From contig JAHQWJ010000090.1 in NCBI GenBank assembly GCA_029856125.1, forward strand, positions 1 to 29,353: a DNA stretch of 29,353 nucleotides, given 5' to 3'. The translations under genes and the position numbers were made by a program. Source of the DNA: Promethearchaeia archaeon (GTDB lineage: Archaea; Asgardarchaeota; Lokiarchaeia; Sigyniarchaeales; SOKP01). How positions within the stretch are numbered: position 1 is the stretch's first letter; every line of letters begins with the position of its first letter. The notes beneath the pieces were generated by a model, which was not told the origin of the DNA, did not search any database, and saw only the letters and a program-made list of their open reading frames with translations. Below, in pieces: positions 9,088 to 17,916 of the stretch.

Positions 9088-10272
9088 TTATTTATTTATT
9101 TTTGTAAATTTACGTCCTTTTACATTGCTCATTAATTCTTTGATTTGAGTTTTTAATTTATTAAAAGGTCTCAAATTACCTGAAAATGGTGTATTTAAAC
9201 TGTTAATCAATATTGGCTCCAGCTGAGCTTCTACAATGTCAATCTTTTTTAAATTTCCTTCGGTCAAGCATGAAAGGAAATAATCGTTTCCGTATTTCTT
9301 AAAAGTAAGAAAACGATAATTTAAACGGCCTAAATTTACTGCTATCCATCGAGGGTAAGCACCGGTGTTTCCTAGTGTGTTTGCTGCTATTGCTTCTATT
9401 TTTGCAGTTAGCAATGATTCTTTCATTTCAAATTCTTCGGCTGGATCTTCAAATTCACCGGGAAGTTTTACATTCAATCTGTCTTCATCGTCAAGCAAGA
9501 GGGAAATGACACCAATAGACATTGATGACAATCCAACATAATCTAATCGTAACCAATCCTCCACATAAGGAATCTCTTGATCTGAAAATACCTCTTGTAA
9601 TTGTAAATATTCTTTCAAAATAAAGATTAATTTGGCTTTAAACTTATTTTCGATATCATACTTCTCAAATTTACTTAAGTTATTAACATCTTTATCTCGT
9701 ATTAAATCTGAAAAATGTTTAGCCATTTGTTCAAGAACCCATTTTCCTTTTTTATCTGGGAATTTACCAAAGATGACGTAAATTATCTTGTTCTTCTCAA
9801 AGAAATGGCATTTTTCTTCCTCCTCATTTTCAGATTTAAGGAGCATTTTATCGAGATCTCCACCAAGTATACTAGTAGCTATGAAGTCTAAGTTATTTGT
9901 TAATTCCAATAAATAGAGCCATTTCTTATTGCTGGCAAACAGTTGAGTTCTATCTGCTGTTGTTATTCCACAGAACTTAAAATATTCATTATCTCCGTCT
10001 AAATTAATAACATCATGGTCCAATGAAATTTCTTTATCTCTTGCTTTTTTTCTCACACCCTGTAATTTCTTTGCCGCTGTTGACTTTTTAGGCACGAATT
10101 TTTGAGGAACGGTCTTTTCCTCATCCGATGGATCATTATATTTGTAACCACCAACTAAAAATGTTCCACATCTAGGGCAAAGCTGGTTCTTTGGAAAAGG
10201 CTTTACGATCTTATATCCACAATTTTCACACTTAATACTGTTGTGCCTTAGATTAAAAAAAGGATTTGAGAT
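9088..10272 (-). CDS. Zn-ribbon plus probable tandem longin-like domain protein; start codon uncertain
   Basis: The frame is open 59 codons upstream of the GTG at 10095 and encodes ISNPFFNLRHNSIKCENCGY...LCPRCGTFL (CxxC-x13-CxxC). The body has two roughly 130-aa units with a beta-beta-alpha-beta-beta-beta-alpha-alpha hydrophobic pattern. The longin call is inference. Confidence 0.55.
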   Translation of the reverse strand: MSNPFFNLRHNSIKCENCGYKIVKPFPKNQLCPRCGTFLVGGYKYNDPSDEEKTVPQKFVPKKSTAAKKLQGVRKKARDKEISLDHDVINLDGDNEYFKFCGITTADRTQLFASNKKWLYLLELTNNLDFIATSILGGDLDKMLLKSENEEEEKCHFFEKNKIIYVIFGKFPDKKGKWVLEQMAKHFSDLIRDKDVNNLSKFEKYDIENKFKAKLIFILKEYLQLQEVFSDQEIPYVEDWLRLDYVGLSSMSIGVISLLLDDEDRLNVKLPGEFEDPAEEFEMKESLLTAKIEAIAANTLGNTGAYPRWIAVNLGRLNYRFLTFKKYGNDYFLSCLTEGNLKKIDIVEAQLEPILINSLNTPFSGNLRPFNKLKTQIKELMSNVKGRKFTKINK

Positions 10273-10373
10273 TCAAAACCAACTCGTGAATAATTTTAAT
10301 ATCATATGGATTATTAATTTAATAAATAATTATTGCTTGAAGTAAATAAAAAATTTTGCAAATACTCAAAAAA

Positions 10374-11465
10374 TCATAAATATTTCTTAGCAATAGCTGC
10401 AAAAGCTTCAAGAAATTTAGCATTTTCTTCTTCTGTTCCAACAGTTATTCTAATATAATTGTAAAGACCAGGTTTACTGAAATGCCTTACTAAAAATTTG
10501 AGATCTTTCAAATCCCATAGAAATTTTAGTGTTTTTGATTTGTCATCAAATTTGACACATATAAAATTAGCGTCCGACGGCAACACGCTAATTCCAGCAT
10601 ATCTATTCAAATTCTCTGATAGCTTATTTCTTTCTGCTATTATTTTTTTATTCTGTTCGTACACTTTATTCTTGTGTTTAATACATGAAAGTGCAGCTAT
10701 TTGCGCAATTTGATTAGTGTTAAATGGTAATTTAACCCTATTCATCTCTTTAACGATCTCAGCATCAGCTAACGCGTAACCAATCCTCAATGAAGCAAGA
10801 GAAAATGTTTTTGAGAAACTTCGACAAACAATTAAGTTTTTGACATCTTTCAATAATGGCAGACATGTAGAATCGGAAAAACCGGCGTAAGATTCATCTA
10901 CTACAACAATTCCAGGAAAATTATAACATATTTTCAGGATCGTATCGTTATCATATGATTTCCCATTAGGATCGTTTGGAGAATTAATAAACAGTAGTTT
11001 TCCTTTTTGGTCATAAACACTTTCAGGTATACTGAAATCTTCGCTTAATTTTATTTCATTTATTTTAGCGTTATAAAGATTAGCTAAAACAGTATATAAG
11101 CTAAAAGTAGGGTAAAATATAACAACTTCATCTCCAGGATCTACAAACACTTTGAAAATTACATCTAAAACATCTGCTGAACCATTTCCTAAGAAAACTG
11201 TGTTTCTATTAGTTAAAGTGTTTTTATCTCTTAATAGCTGGTTGAGAATCGCCTTACGAACTTCAAGAGCACTTGAATCTGGATATTTTCTTAGTGAGCT
11301 TTTGTTTTTTAGTGCTGCATTTATATCCAATAGTATTTCTTCTATTGGGGGGTATGCATTTTCATTAATGTTTAATTTAACCCAATCTTCTCCTTCGGGT
11401 TGTTCACCCGATTCAAAAGCTTTGTATCTGGTTAAGTTTTCTCTAAATAATTTTTCTAATTCCAT
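10374..11465 (-). CDS. hisC: Histidinol-phosphate aminotransferase family PLP enzyme
   Basis: KLNINEN, YPD, GNGSAD, SPNDPNG, DESY, RSFSK(PLP Lys)TFSLASLRIGY, SDANF and IRITVG motifs. No other his genes are nearby, so the substrate is not certain. Confidence 0.85.
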   Translation of the reverse strand: MELEKLFRENLTRYKAFESGEQPEGEDWVKLNINENAYPPIEEILLDINAALKNKSSLRKYPDSSALEVRKAILNQLLRDKNTLTNRNTVFLGNGSADVLDVIFKVFVDPGDEVVIFYPTFSLYTVLANLYNAKINEIKLSEDFSIPESVYDQKGKLLFINSPNDPNGKSYDNDTILKICYNFPGIVVVDESYAGFSDSTCLPLLKDVKNLIVCRSFSKTFSLASLRIGYALADAEIVKEMNRVKLPFNTNQIAQIAALSCIKHKNKVYEQNKKIIAERNKLSENLNRYAGISVLPSDANFICVKFDDKSKTLKFLWDLKDLKFLVRHFSKPGLYNYIRITVGTEEENAKFLEAFAAIAKKYL

Positions 11466-11640
11466 GATTAAATGCCAGTCAAATCTTAATTCTTTAATAT
11501 TTTAAGTAACTTAATGCTTACATTTATTTTTTGTCTTTATCCTAAGTATTTTCATGCGTTAAAAAAAGATAAAAAACTCAATTTTTAAATGTATGAAACC
11601 TATTAATTTAATAATATTATTTAAAGAAGTTTGATTTAAG

Positions 11641-12525
11641 ATGGATTTCGCTATAATGTTCAAAGTCTTGGAAGGGGGAGTAAGCGAACCAATTAAGTGG
11701 TCAAAAGACCATTTAACACCAGAAAGTAACGTTATCATTTTAGATGAAGGATCTTCTTCAGTTTATTTGTGGTATGGAGCTAAACAAGGTTTAGTTTCTA
11801 GACGAACTGCCCTTCGACAAGCAGAATCACTTAAAGGACACGGTTTTTCTGTAGGAAGAAGCATTGTTGGAAGAGATATAAAAGATTTAAGAGAAATAGA
11901 TCAAAGAAAGATCGGAAGGGTTCCAGAAACCGACGAACTAAATGATGAATTACAAACTCTCCTTAATAGAGGATTCAAATACTTAGATGACTATACTGTT
12001 ACTTTTGATTTAGATGGAAGTTTTCCCTCGGCAGTTAAACCGGAATCTAAACCCGTTTCATCGGAAGAACCTAAACCTGAACCAGTAACTAGATCAGTAG
12101 ATAAACCAGAACCCGTAGTAGTTAAAACCCAACCAGTGCCAGTGAAAAAAGAAATGAAACACGCTTCAGAATATGACACTGAAAATGATCTTCCTAAGGA
12201 AACTGCCCCTATTAGTGATAAAACAATTGTAAGTACTCCAAAGCCCATTATAAAGCACGACACTGCCCCGGAACCTAAGTTAGACCTTTCAGTACAAGCA
12301 AAAATAGGATTTGTTTTGATTGGCGTTTTAGATCACTACAATGATATTTGGATTTCAAAAAAAGAGGATGGTAGCTATTCTGTCGAACATATGGACGGAA
12401 AAGTATGTGAGTTTTCAAATTCTGAAGGAAAAATAAAATTCTCTATTGACTCATTTAATGGTATATCAACTAATATAAAAACCGAAATTCAGAAAAAATT
12501 TGTAGAACTATCAAAATTATTATAG
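11641..12525 (+). CDS. Single gelsolin-homology domain protein with Pro/Glu/Lys-rich linker and an unassigned C-terminal domain
   Basis: HLTPESNVIILDEGSSSVYLWYGAKQGLVSRRTALRQAESL matches the gelsolin core (L.s..vhILD.g..vylW.G......r..A...a). A KPE/PEPV low-complexity linker follows, then a compact C-terminal domain of about 78 aa. Confidence 0.75.
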   Translation: MDFAIMFKVLEGGVSEPIKWSKDHLTPESNVIILDEGSSSVYLWYGAKQGLVSRRTALRQAESLKGHGFSVGRSIVGRDIKDLREIDQRKIGRVPETDELNDELQTLLNRGFKYLDDYTVTFDLDGSFPSAVKPESKPVSSEEPKPEPVTRSVDKPEPVVVKTQPVPVKKEMKHASEYDTENDLPKETAPISDKTIVSTPKPIIKHDTAPEPKLDLSVQAKIGFVLIGVLDHYNDIWISKKEDGSYSVEHMDGKVCEFSNSEGKIKFSIDSFNGISTNIKTEIQKKFVELSKLL

Positions 12526-12526
12526 G

Positions 12527-12546
12527 TTTTTTTTCTATTTTTTTTT
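12527..12546 (+). terminator. Oligo(T) terminator
   Basis: T8 and T9 runs starting 2 nt after the TAG at 12525. Confidence 0.55.
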
Positions 12547-12641
12547 AATATTGGAGTTTAAATTTTAAGCCTTTTTCTTACATAATAAGAATTTCGATAG
12601 TGACATAATCTTAATTTTATATAAAATAGTAGAGTTATATT

Positions 12642-14399
12642 ATGAGATTTAAAGCTTTAGCAATCCTTTTTTCAGAACTCGAGTCTACTACAAAAAGGCT
12701 TGAAATGACTGATAAACTATCATCATTTTTTGAAAATATAAAAAACAGTAATGATTTCAAAGATCTTGATAAGATCATTTATTTGTTGCAAGGACAATTA
12801 GTTTCAAACATTAAGCAATTTCCAAAAATTGGAATTGCGGAAAAAATGATAATTGAAGCCTTAAGATTGCATTCTGGCGTTGAAAAAAAAAAAGTAAAGG
12901 AAATTTTAATAAAAGAAGGAGATATTGGAGCTACCGCAGAGTTAATACTCACCAAAAAGAAAAAACAAAAATCCTTGTTTGATTTTAAGGATGATTTGAG
13001 TGAAAAAGATTCATCATTAGAAATTTCTGAATTATATAATGCGTTGCAAAAAATGGCACTAAGCGAAGGGATAGGTTCACATGATGTAAAACTTGGGATC
13101 TTACGAGGTTTAATGAGAAAAACTTCACCCTTAGAAACTAAATACTTATTACGTATAATTACATCAACTCTTAGAGTTGGTGTTTCTACGATGACAATTA
13201 TAGATGGTTTAGCATTAGGATTTACAGGAGTGAAAAAAAATAGGGAATCTATAGAGAGAGCTTATAACCTGCATCCAGATTTAGGAGATATTACTTTAAT
13301 TTTAGCAGAAAAAGGAATCTCTGATGTTGAGAGGATAAATATAGAATACGGTGTTCCAATAAGAATGATGTTAGCATCAAGAGTTCCTTACGGAGAAATT
13401 ATTGAAAAAATTGGAAGCCCTCTTATTGTGGAATATAAACTTGATGGTGAGAGGCTACAGATTCATAAAGAACGTGATAAGATAAAGTTATTCTCTCGGA
13501 GATTGTTAGATATTTCAAAACAATTCCCTGATGTGTGTCGGGTTATCAATGAAAATGTTAGTGCAAATAATGTAATTATGGAAGGTGAGGTCGTAGCAAT
13601 GGATCATTTTTACGAAAAAATGCTTCCATTTCAAGTTTTAAGCAAACGTCGCCGTAAATATGACATTGATGATATTATAAAGGAAGTACCAGTATGTTTA
13701 TTTCTATTTGACATCTTAAAAAGCGATAACGAATCGTTCTTAAGTAAACCTTTCCTAATTCGTAGAAAAAAATTAGAAGAAATCGTCACCGAAAGAGATG
13801 AATTACGCTTAGTAAAATCTAAAACTATTAAAAACACAGAAGAAATGCTAGATTTTTTCAAAGAAGCTCGAAGTGAAGGAAATGAAGGTATCATAGCAAA
13901 GTCTATAGAGGAGAACTCAGTGTATCAAGCGGGAAATCGAGGTTTTTTATGGATAAAATTAAAAGGATTAGAAGGAGGGAAATTAAAAGACTCTGTGGAT
14001 GTTGTAATAGTAGGTGCTTTCCATGGTAAGGGTCGAAGGACTGGCGTTTATGGAACTTACATTGGAGCGGTGTATGATCCGATAAGTGGGAAGTTTATAG
14101 CTTTTACAAGGTTTTTTTCCGGATTGACAGATGAATTATCAGAATCGTTAACAAAAGATATGGAAAAATATATAGTGAAAAAAAAACCGATTAATGTTAT
14201 TTGTGAAGATATACCAGATGTTTGGCTTAACCCGGAAGTAACCGTTGAAATTATCGGAGACGAAATAACGATTTCTGAGAAGTTCCTAACTTTAGGATAT
14301 TCCATGCGATTTCCAGTTTTCCAAAAATTCAGACCAGAAAAGGGTCCAGAAGATATTACTACTGTAAATGAAATTGAAGAACTTTATAAATCTCAATAA
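12642..14399 (+). CDS. lig: ATP-dependent DNA ligase (archaeal/eukaryotic Lig I type)
   Basis: Motif I EYKLDGERLQIH, III EGEVV, IIIa FDIL, IV EGIIAK, V WIKLK, VI RFPVF..FRPEK. N-terminal DNA-binding domain with EGDIG and LRVG. Confidence 0.97.
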   Translation: MRFKALAILFSELESTTKRLEMTDKLSSFFENIKNSNDFKDLDKIIYLLQGQLVSNIKQFPKIGIAEKMIIEALRLHSGVEKKKVKEILIKEGDIGATAELILTKKKKQKSLFDFKDDLSEKDSSLEISELYNALQKMALSEGIGSHDVKLGILRGLMRKTSPLETKYLLRIITSTLRVGVSTMTIIDGLALGFTGVKKNRESIERAYNLHPDLGDITLILAEKGISDVERINIEYGVPIRMMLASRVPYGEIIEKIGSPLIVEYKLDGERLQIHKERDKIKLFSRRLLDISKQFPDVCRVINENVSANNVIMEGEVVAMDHFYEKMLPFQVLSKRRRKYDIDDIIKEVPVCLFLFDILKSDNESFLSKPFLIRRKKLEEIVTERDELRLVKSKTIKNTEEMLDFFKEARSEGNEGIIAKSIEENSVYQAGNRGFLWIKLKGLEGGKLKDSVDVVIVGAFHGKGRRTGVYGTYIGAVYDPISGKFIAFTRFFSGLTDELSESLTKDMEKYIVKKKPINVICEDIPDVWLNPEVTVEIIGDEITISEKFLTLGYSMRFPVFQKFRPEKGPEDITTVNEIEELYKSQ

Positions 14400-14416
14400 C
14401 GCTGTGATTTATATGA

Positions 14417-15799
14417 TTATAAATGAATTCTAACGCCTCTTTCTTCCATTTTCTTTAAAAAAGGAGGAATTATTTCTAAAATGTTCTCGCTTAAATATAA
14501 TTCTTCTAAATTTTCAAGAGATTGAAGAGTTTTCGGAATTTTTTTTAATTTGTTTCTCGAAATATTTAAAATTTTTAAATTTTTCAACTTTCCTATAGTT
14601 TCAGGAATAAATTCTAACTTGTTATCGCATAAATTCAATATTTCTAAAGATGTAAGAGAATTAATTGATGGTGATATGGTGGATATCTCATTTCTTTCTA
14701 GGTCTAGCAATTTTAGTGACCCTAATTCAGTCATTGGTTTTGATAGTGTTGTTAATAAATTCCAACTTAAGTTTAGTTTTTTTAAAGATTTTAAAGAAGA
14801 GAAGGATGTTGGTAGATTAGTCAATTTATTATCGTGAAGATTGAGCTCTTCAAGATTTTCAAGAATTCCAAATTTTTCTGGTAAAAAATTGAGTTGATTT
14901 AACCTTAAATTCAATGTTTTCAACGACTTTAAAGAAGAAATTGAGGATGGGAGTTCTTGAAGTTCATTCTTCCAAAGTGTTAACTCTTTTAAATTTTGTA
15001 GTGAACCTAAGGTCTTTGGGAGGTTATTTATATTGTTCATATTTAAATTTAGAGATTCTAAGGATTGGAGATTGCTTAGCCATTCAGGGATTTCTGTGAT
15101 TTGATTATATCTCAAAGATAAAATTCTTAAGTTGAGAAGGTAGCTTATAGCATTAGGTAACTTAGTCAATCCCTTGAAAATGAAGTTTAGTTCAACAATT
15201 CTACAGTCCTCAATGGCATATTTGAGTCTAAAATGTAATTTTAGCAAAAATAATAAACTAAAATAATTTACTAATATCTCAGTCAATTCACTGGAAGAAC
15301 AATCTTTAAGATCGTATTGAGATTTAAAAATTTCAATACCAATTTTAAAGTCTCTATCTTTAATTTGATCTATTTCTTGAAGTAAAGCTAATTTTCCAAA
15401 AGAATCTCCTTTTTTCTCGATATATTTAAGAATTGAAATTAATGAATTGTAAGTGGTACTCAATATCAATGGAGAATCTTCATGATTGAGAGTCCACCTT
15501 AAAATCTTTAATGCTTTATCTTTAAAATTCTGATGTAGCATTAATGCGGCTTCATTTCGAATCTTAACATCAGAATCAGAGATAAGTAAGTTTTCGATGA
15601 AGTTATATATTGTTTCTTTTTCAATCCCGGCATTCTCAAATGTGTCGTAGATTTTTTTTAAAGTTTGAAGACTTTCGACGCGTTGCTTAGTTAGATTGCT
15701 GTGTTCTATTAATGAAATTAGCTGTTGTATCGCTGTTGAAACATCTATTGTATTCTTATTAATCTCATCAAAAATTTTAACTGGAGTACGTTCTGTAAT
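14417..15799 (-). CDS. HEAT-like N-terminal domain plus 23-aa LRR array; probable ATT start at 15799
   Basis: The ORF track starts at 15541, but the frame is open 86 codons further (ITERTPVKIFDEINKNTIDVSTAIQQLISLIEHS...IENLLISDSDVKIRNEAAL) and aligns end-to-end with the N-termini of both paralogs. About 10 LxxLxLxxNxLxxLPxxI repeats. Confidence 0.85.
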   Translation of the reverse strand: MTERTPVKIFDEINKNTIDVSTAIQQLISLIEHSNLTKQRVESLQTLKKIYDTFENAGIEKETIYNFIENLLISDSDVKIRNEAALMLHQNFKDKALKILRWTLNHEDSPLILSTTYNSLISILKYIEKKGDSFGKLALLQEIDQIKDRDFKIGIEIFKSQYDLKDCSSSELTEILVNYFSLLFLLKLHFRLKYAIEDCRIVELNFIFKGLTKLPNAISYLLNLRILSLRYNQITEIPEWLSNLQSLESLNLNMNNINNLPKTLGSLQNLKELTLWKNELQELPSSISSLKSLKTLNLRLNQLNFLPEKFGILENLEELNLHDNKLTNLPTSFSSLKSLKKLNLSWNLLTTLSKPMTELGSLKLLDLERNEISTISPSINSLTSLEILNLCDNKLEFIPETIGKLKNLKILNISRNKLKKIPKTLQSLENLEELYLSENILEIIPPFLKKMEERGVRIHL

Positions 15800-15810
15800 G
15801 CTATTACCTC
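15800..15810 (-). promoter_or_regulatory. Shine-Dalgarno-like GAGGT 6 nt before the proposed ATT start
   Basis: Minus strand reads TAA-cc-GAGGT-aatagc-ATT-ACA-GAA. Confidence 0.55.
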
Positions 15811-15812
15811 GG

Positions 15813-17312
15813 TTATTTATATATTATTAATCCTTTTTTCTCTAATGTGTTTAAGAAAGGAGGAATTTCTTCTATATTATTAAAATTCAAATCTAAAATT
15901 TTTAAATTTGTTAAGTTTTCAAGAGATTTTGGTAGCAACTTTAGATCATTCCCCCATAAACTTAACATTTCAAGAGATGTAAGTGAACCAATCCAAGAAG
16001 GTAACTCGGTAAAATTATTCCAGTTTAAATTTAATATTTTTAGTTTTTTTAAATTACGAAAAGATTCATGAAGAGTAGATAATTGATTATTCCATAAAGT
16101 TAATTCTTCAAGTTTAGAAATTGTTCCAATTGATTCTGGAAGTTCATGCAATTTGTTGTCGAATAAATGCAATGATTGCAAAAATCTAAAAGAGCCGATC
16201 CATTTAGGAAGTATTTTCAATTTGTTTCCCCCTAGACTTAAATATCTAAGATTCTTGAGGTTTTTAAGCCATTTAGGTAACTTTTCGATACTATTCAGAC
16301 CCATATCTAATCGTCTGATTTTGTTGCTTCCTTTAAGGGATAATTTAGTGTCGTTTAATTTGTTTCCATGTAAGTCTAACACTTCCAAATTTTGAATGTT
16401 TTTAATTGTTTTTGGGAGGTTTTTTAAGGAGTTTGCTCTTAAGTTTAAACTTTTAAGCGAATTTAAGGAACCAATAGAAGCAGGCAAATCTATGATTTTA
16501 TTATATCTTAAATTTAATAATCTTAAAGACTTAAGAGAACCAATTGATGCTGGAATTGATTTTATTTTATTGTAACTTAAATCTAATTTAATTAATGATG
16601 TTAAGGAACCAATTGAATCTGGAATTGTAATTAACCTATTAAATTTAAGGTCGAGGTTTTCAAGTGATGTTAAAAATTCGATGAACTCAGGGAATTTATT
16701 TAGTATAGTCCATCCAAATATATGGCTACTAACATCAGACAAATCTAATTGAAGAATCAATCCAGCTTTAACTTTAAAATTTATTTGCCCAAACTTATTT
16801 TCCAAATCTTTTATAATGAAAGAATTTTCTACAATCCTCGAAAGCGCATAACTCGAGAGGTTTTCAAACTCCTCTTTTAAATATAGATCCTGAAAACTTT
16901 CTACTATTTTTTTATTTTTAATTTCTTTTATTTTTTCTATTATCAGCGATTTGGATTGTACTGTATCTATTTTACCTAGTATTTTTGATATCGCTAACAA
17001 ACATTTTAGAGACTCTTCGTGCTTAAAAGTCCACTTTAATGGTTCGAGAGCATCATTTAGAAATATTTTTTCTATAGTGGAAGCTGCAGCTAAGCGTATA
17101 GATTCATTCATATCAGAAATAAGTAAATTTTCTATGAGTTTGAAAACATTATTAGTGTTTGCATTCATTTGAGCGAGTATATTAATGCTTTCTATTCGTG
17201 TACTCAAAACATCGCTATTTTCTATAATTGAAATTAGTTGATTAATAGCTAAGGTTTTATCCACTTTTTTTTTGGTAAAATTTTGCCAAATAAGATATGG
17301 AGATGATTCCAT
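15813..17312 (-). CDS. HEAT-like N-terminal domain plus 23-aa LRR array
   Basis: ENLLISDMNESIRLAAA block, about 12 regular 23-aa LRRs, and C-terminal cap IPPFLNTLEKKGLIIY similar to the neighbour's IPPFLKKMEERGVRIH. Confidence 0.9.
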   Translation of the reverse strand: MESSPYLIWQNFTKKKVDKTLAINQLISIIENSDVLSTRIESINILAQMNANTNNVFKLIENLLISDMNESIRLAAASTIEKIFLNDALEPLKWTFKHEESLKCLLAISKILGKIDTVQSKSLIIEKIKEIKNKKIVESFQDLYLKEEFENLSSYALSRIVENSFIIKDLENKFGQINFKVKAGLILQLDLSDVSSHIFGWTILNKFPEFIEFLTSLENLDLKFNRLITIPDSIGSLTSLIKLDLSYNKIKSIPASIGSLKSLRLLNLRYNKIIDLPASIGSLNSLKSLNLRANSLKNLPKTIKNIQNLEVLDLHGNKLNDTKLSLKGSNKIRRLDMGLNSIEKLPKWLKNLKNLRYLSLGGNKLKILPKWIGSFRFLQSLHLFDNKLHELPESIGTISKLEELTLWNNQLSTLHESFRNLKKLKILNLNWNNFTELPSWIGSLTSLEMLSLWGNDLKLLPKSLENLTNLKILDLNFNNIEEIPPFLNTLEKKGLIIYK

Positions 17313-17418
17313 TAATCTTCAAAATTTAGTTTTATTTTTTAGATTAATTATTATATACAATCAAGATTTTACAACTTTATTTTATTTACTCTATTTGTCT
17401 AAATGTAAGTAGCGATAA

Positions 17419-17913
17419 TTATTTTTTATCAGGTGGATTTCTTCCTAACCACTTCTCGTAAAATGCATCGATATCGGGTAAAAAATTGAATATAATCGGG
17501 TATCCCGGAGGTACGGCCTCAACATCTAACAGAGTAAAACAATTAGGACAGAAAAATTCTCGGAGTACTTCCCACTTCGGATCGCTTCCCATTAATTTAG
17601 GATAAAGTTTTTCGATAGATTCAAATGTGTCCCTTACTCTGATTCTACATTTAAGTTTCCAATTTATGTGATAATCTCCGAATTCGTAACCACAATCACA
17701 TTTAACTATTCTTTCACCTTCTTTTGCTACGATGTAAAGGTGTTCGTGAAGAGGAAGGAGTATTTTTTCTTTCCAATTAAGCTTCTCTTGAAGAATATCC
17801 ATAATTTTGTCAAATCTATTTTGATCTTTGCTGCCACTAATGATTAGTTTGAGCTCTTCCCATTTTAAATCGCCCTCCATCATTCTTTCTAAAGTTTTTT
17901 TATCGACATCCAT
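17419..17913 (-). CDS. acxC: Acetone carboxylase gamma subunit-like
   Basis: ILLPLHEHLYIV, KCDCGYEFGDY..NWK, REFFCPNC..LLDVEAVPPGYP and F.PDIDAFY..WLG; four Zn-binding Cys. Confidence 0.9.
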   Translation of the reverse strand: MDVDKKTLERMMEGDLKWEELKLIISGSKDQNRFDKIMDILQEKLNWKEKILLPLHEHLYIVAKEGERIVKCDCGYEFGDYHINWKLKCRIRVRDTFESIEKLYPKLMGSDPKWEVLREFFCPNCFTLLDVEAVPPGYPIIFNFLPDIDAFYEKWLGRNPPDKK

Positions 17914-17916
17914 TTT

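Noticed and set aside
14417-17312. Periodic DNA suggesting a repeat array or CRISPR
   Set aside because: The 69-nt periodicity is degenerate and fully explained by LRR coding; there are no identical repeats with unique spacers.
14417-17312. The two tandem LRR genes as one frameshifted gene
   Set aside because: Each has its own complete N-terminal module and matching C-terminal cap, with an SD-like site between them.
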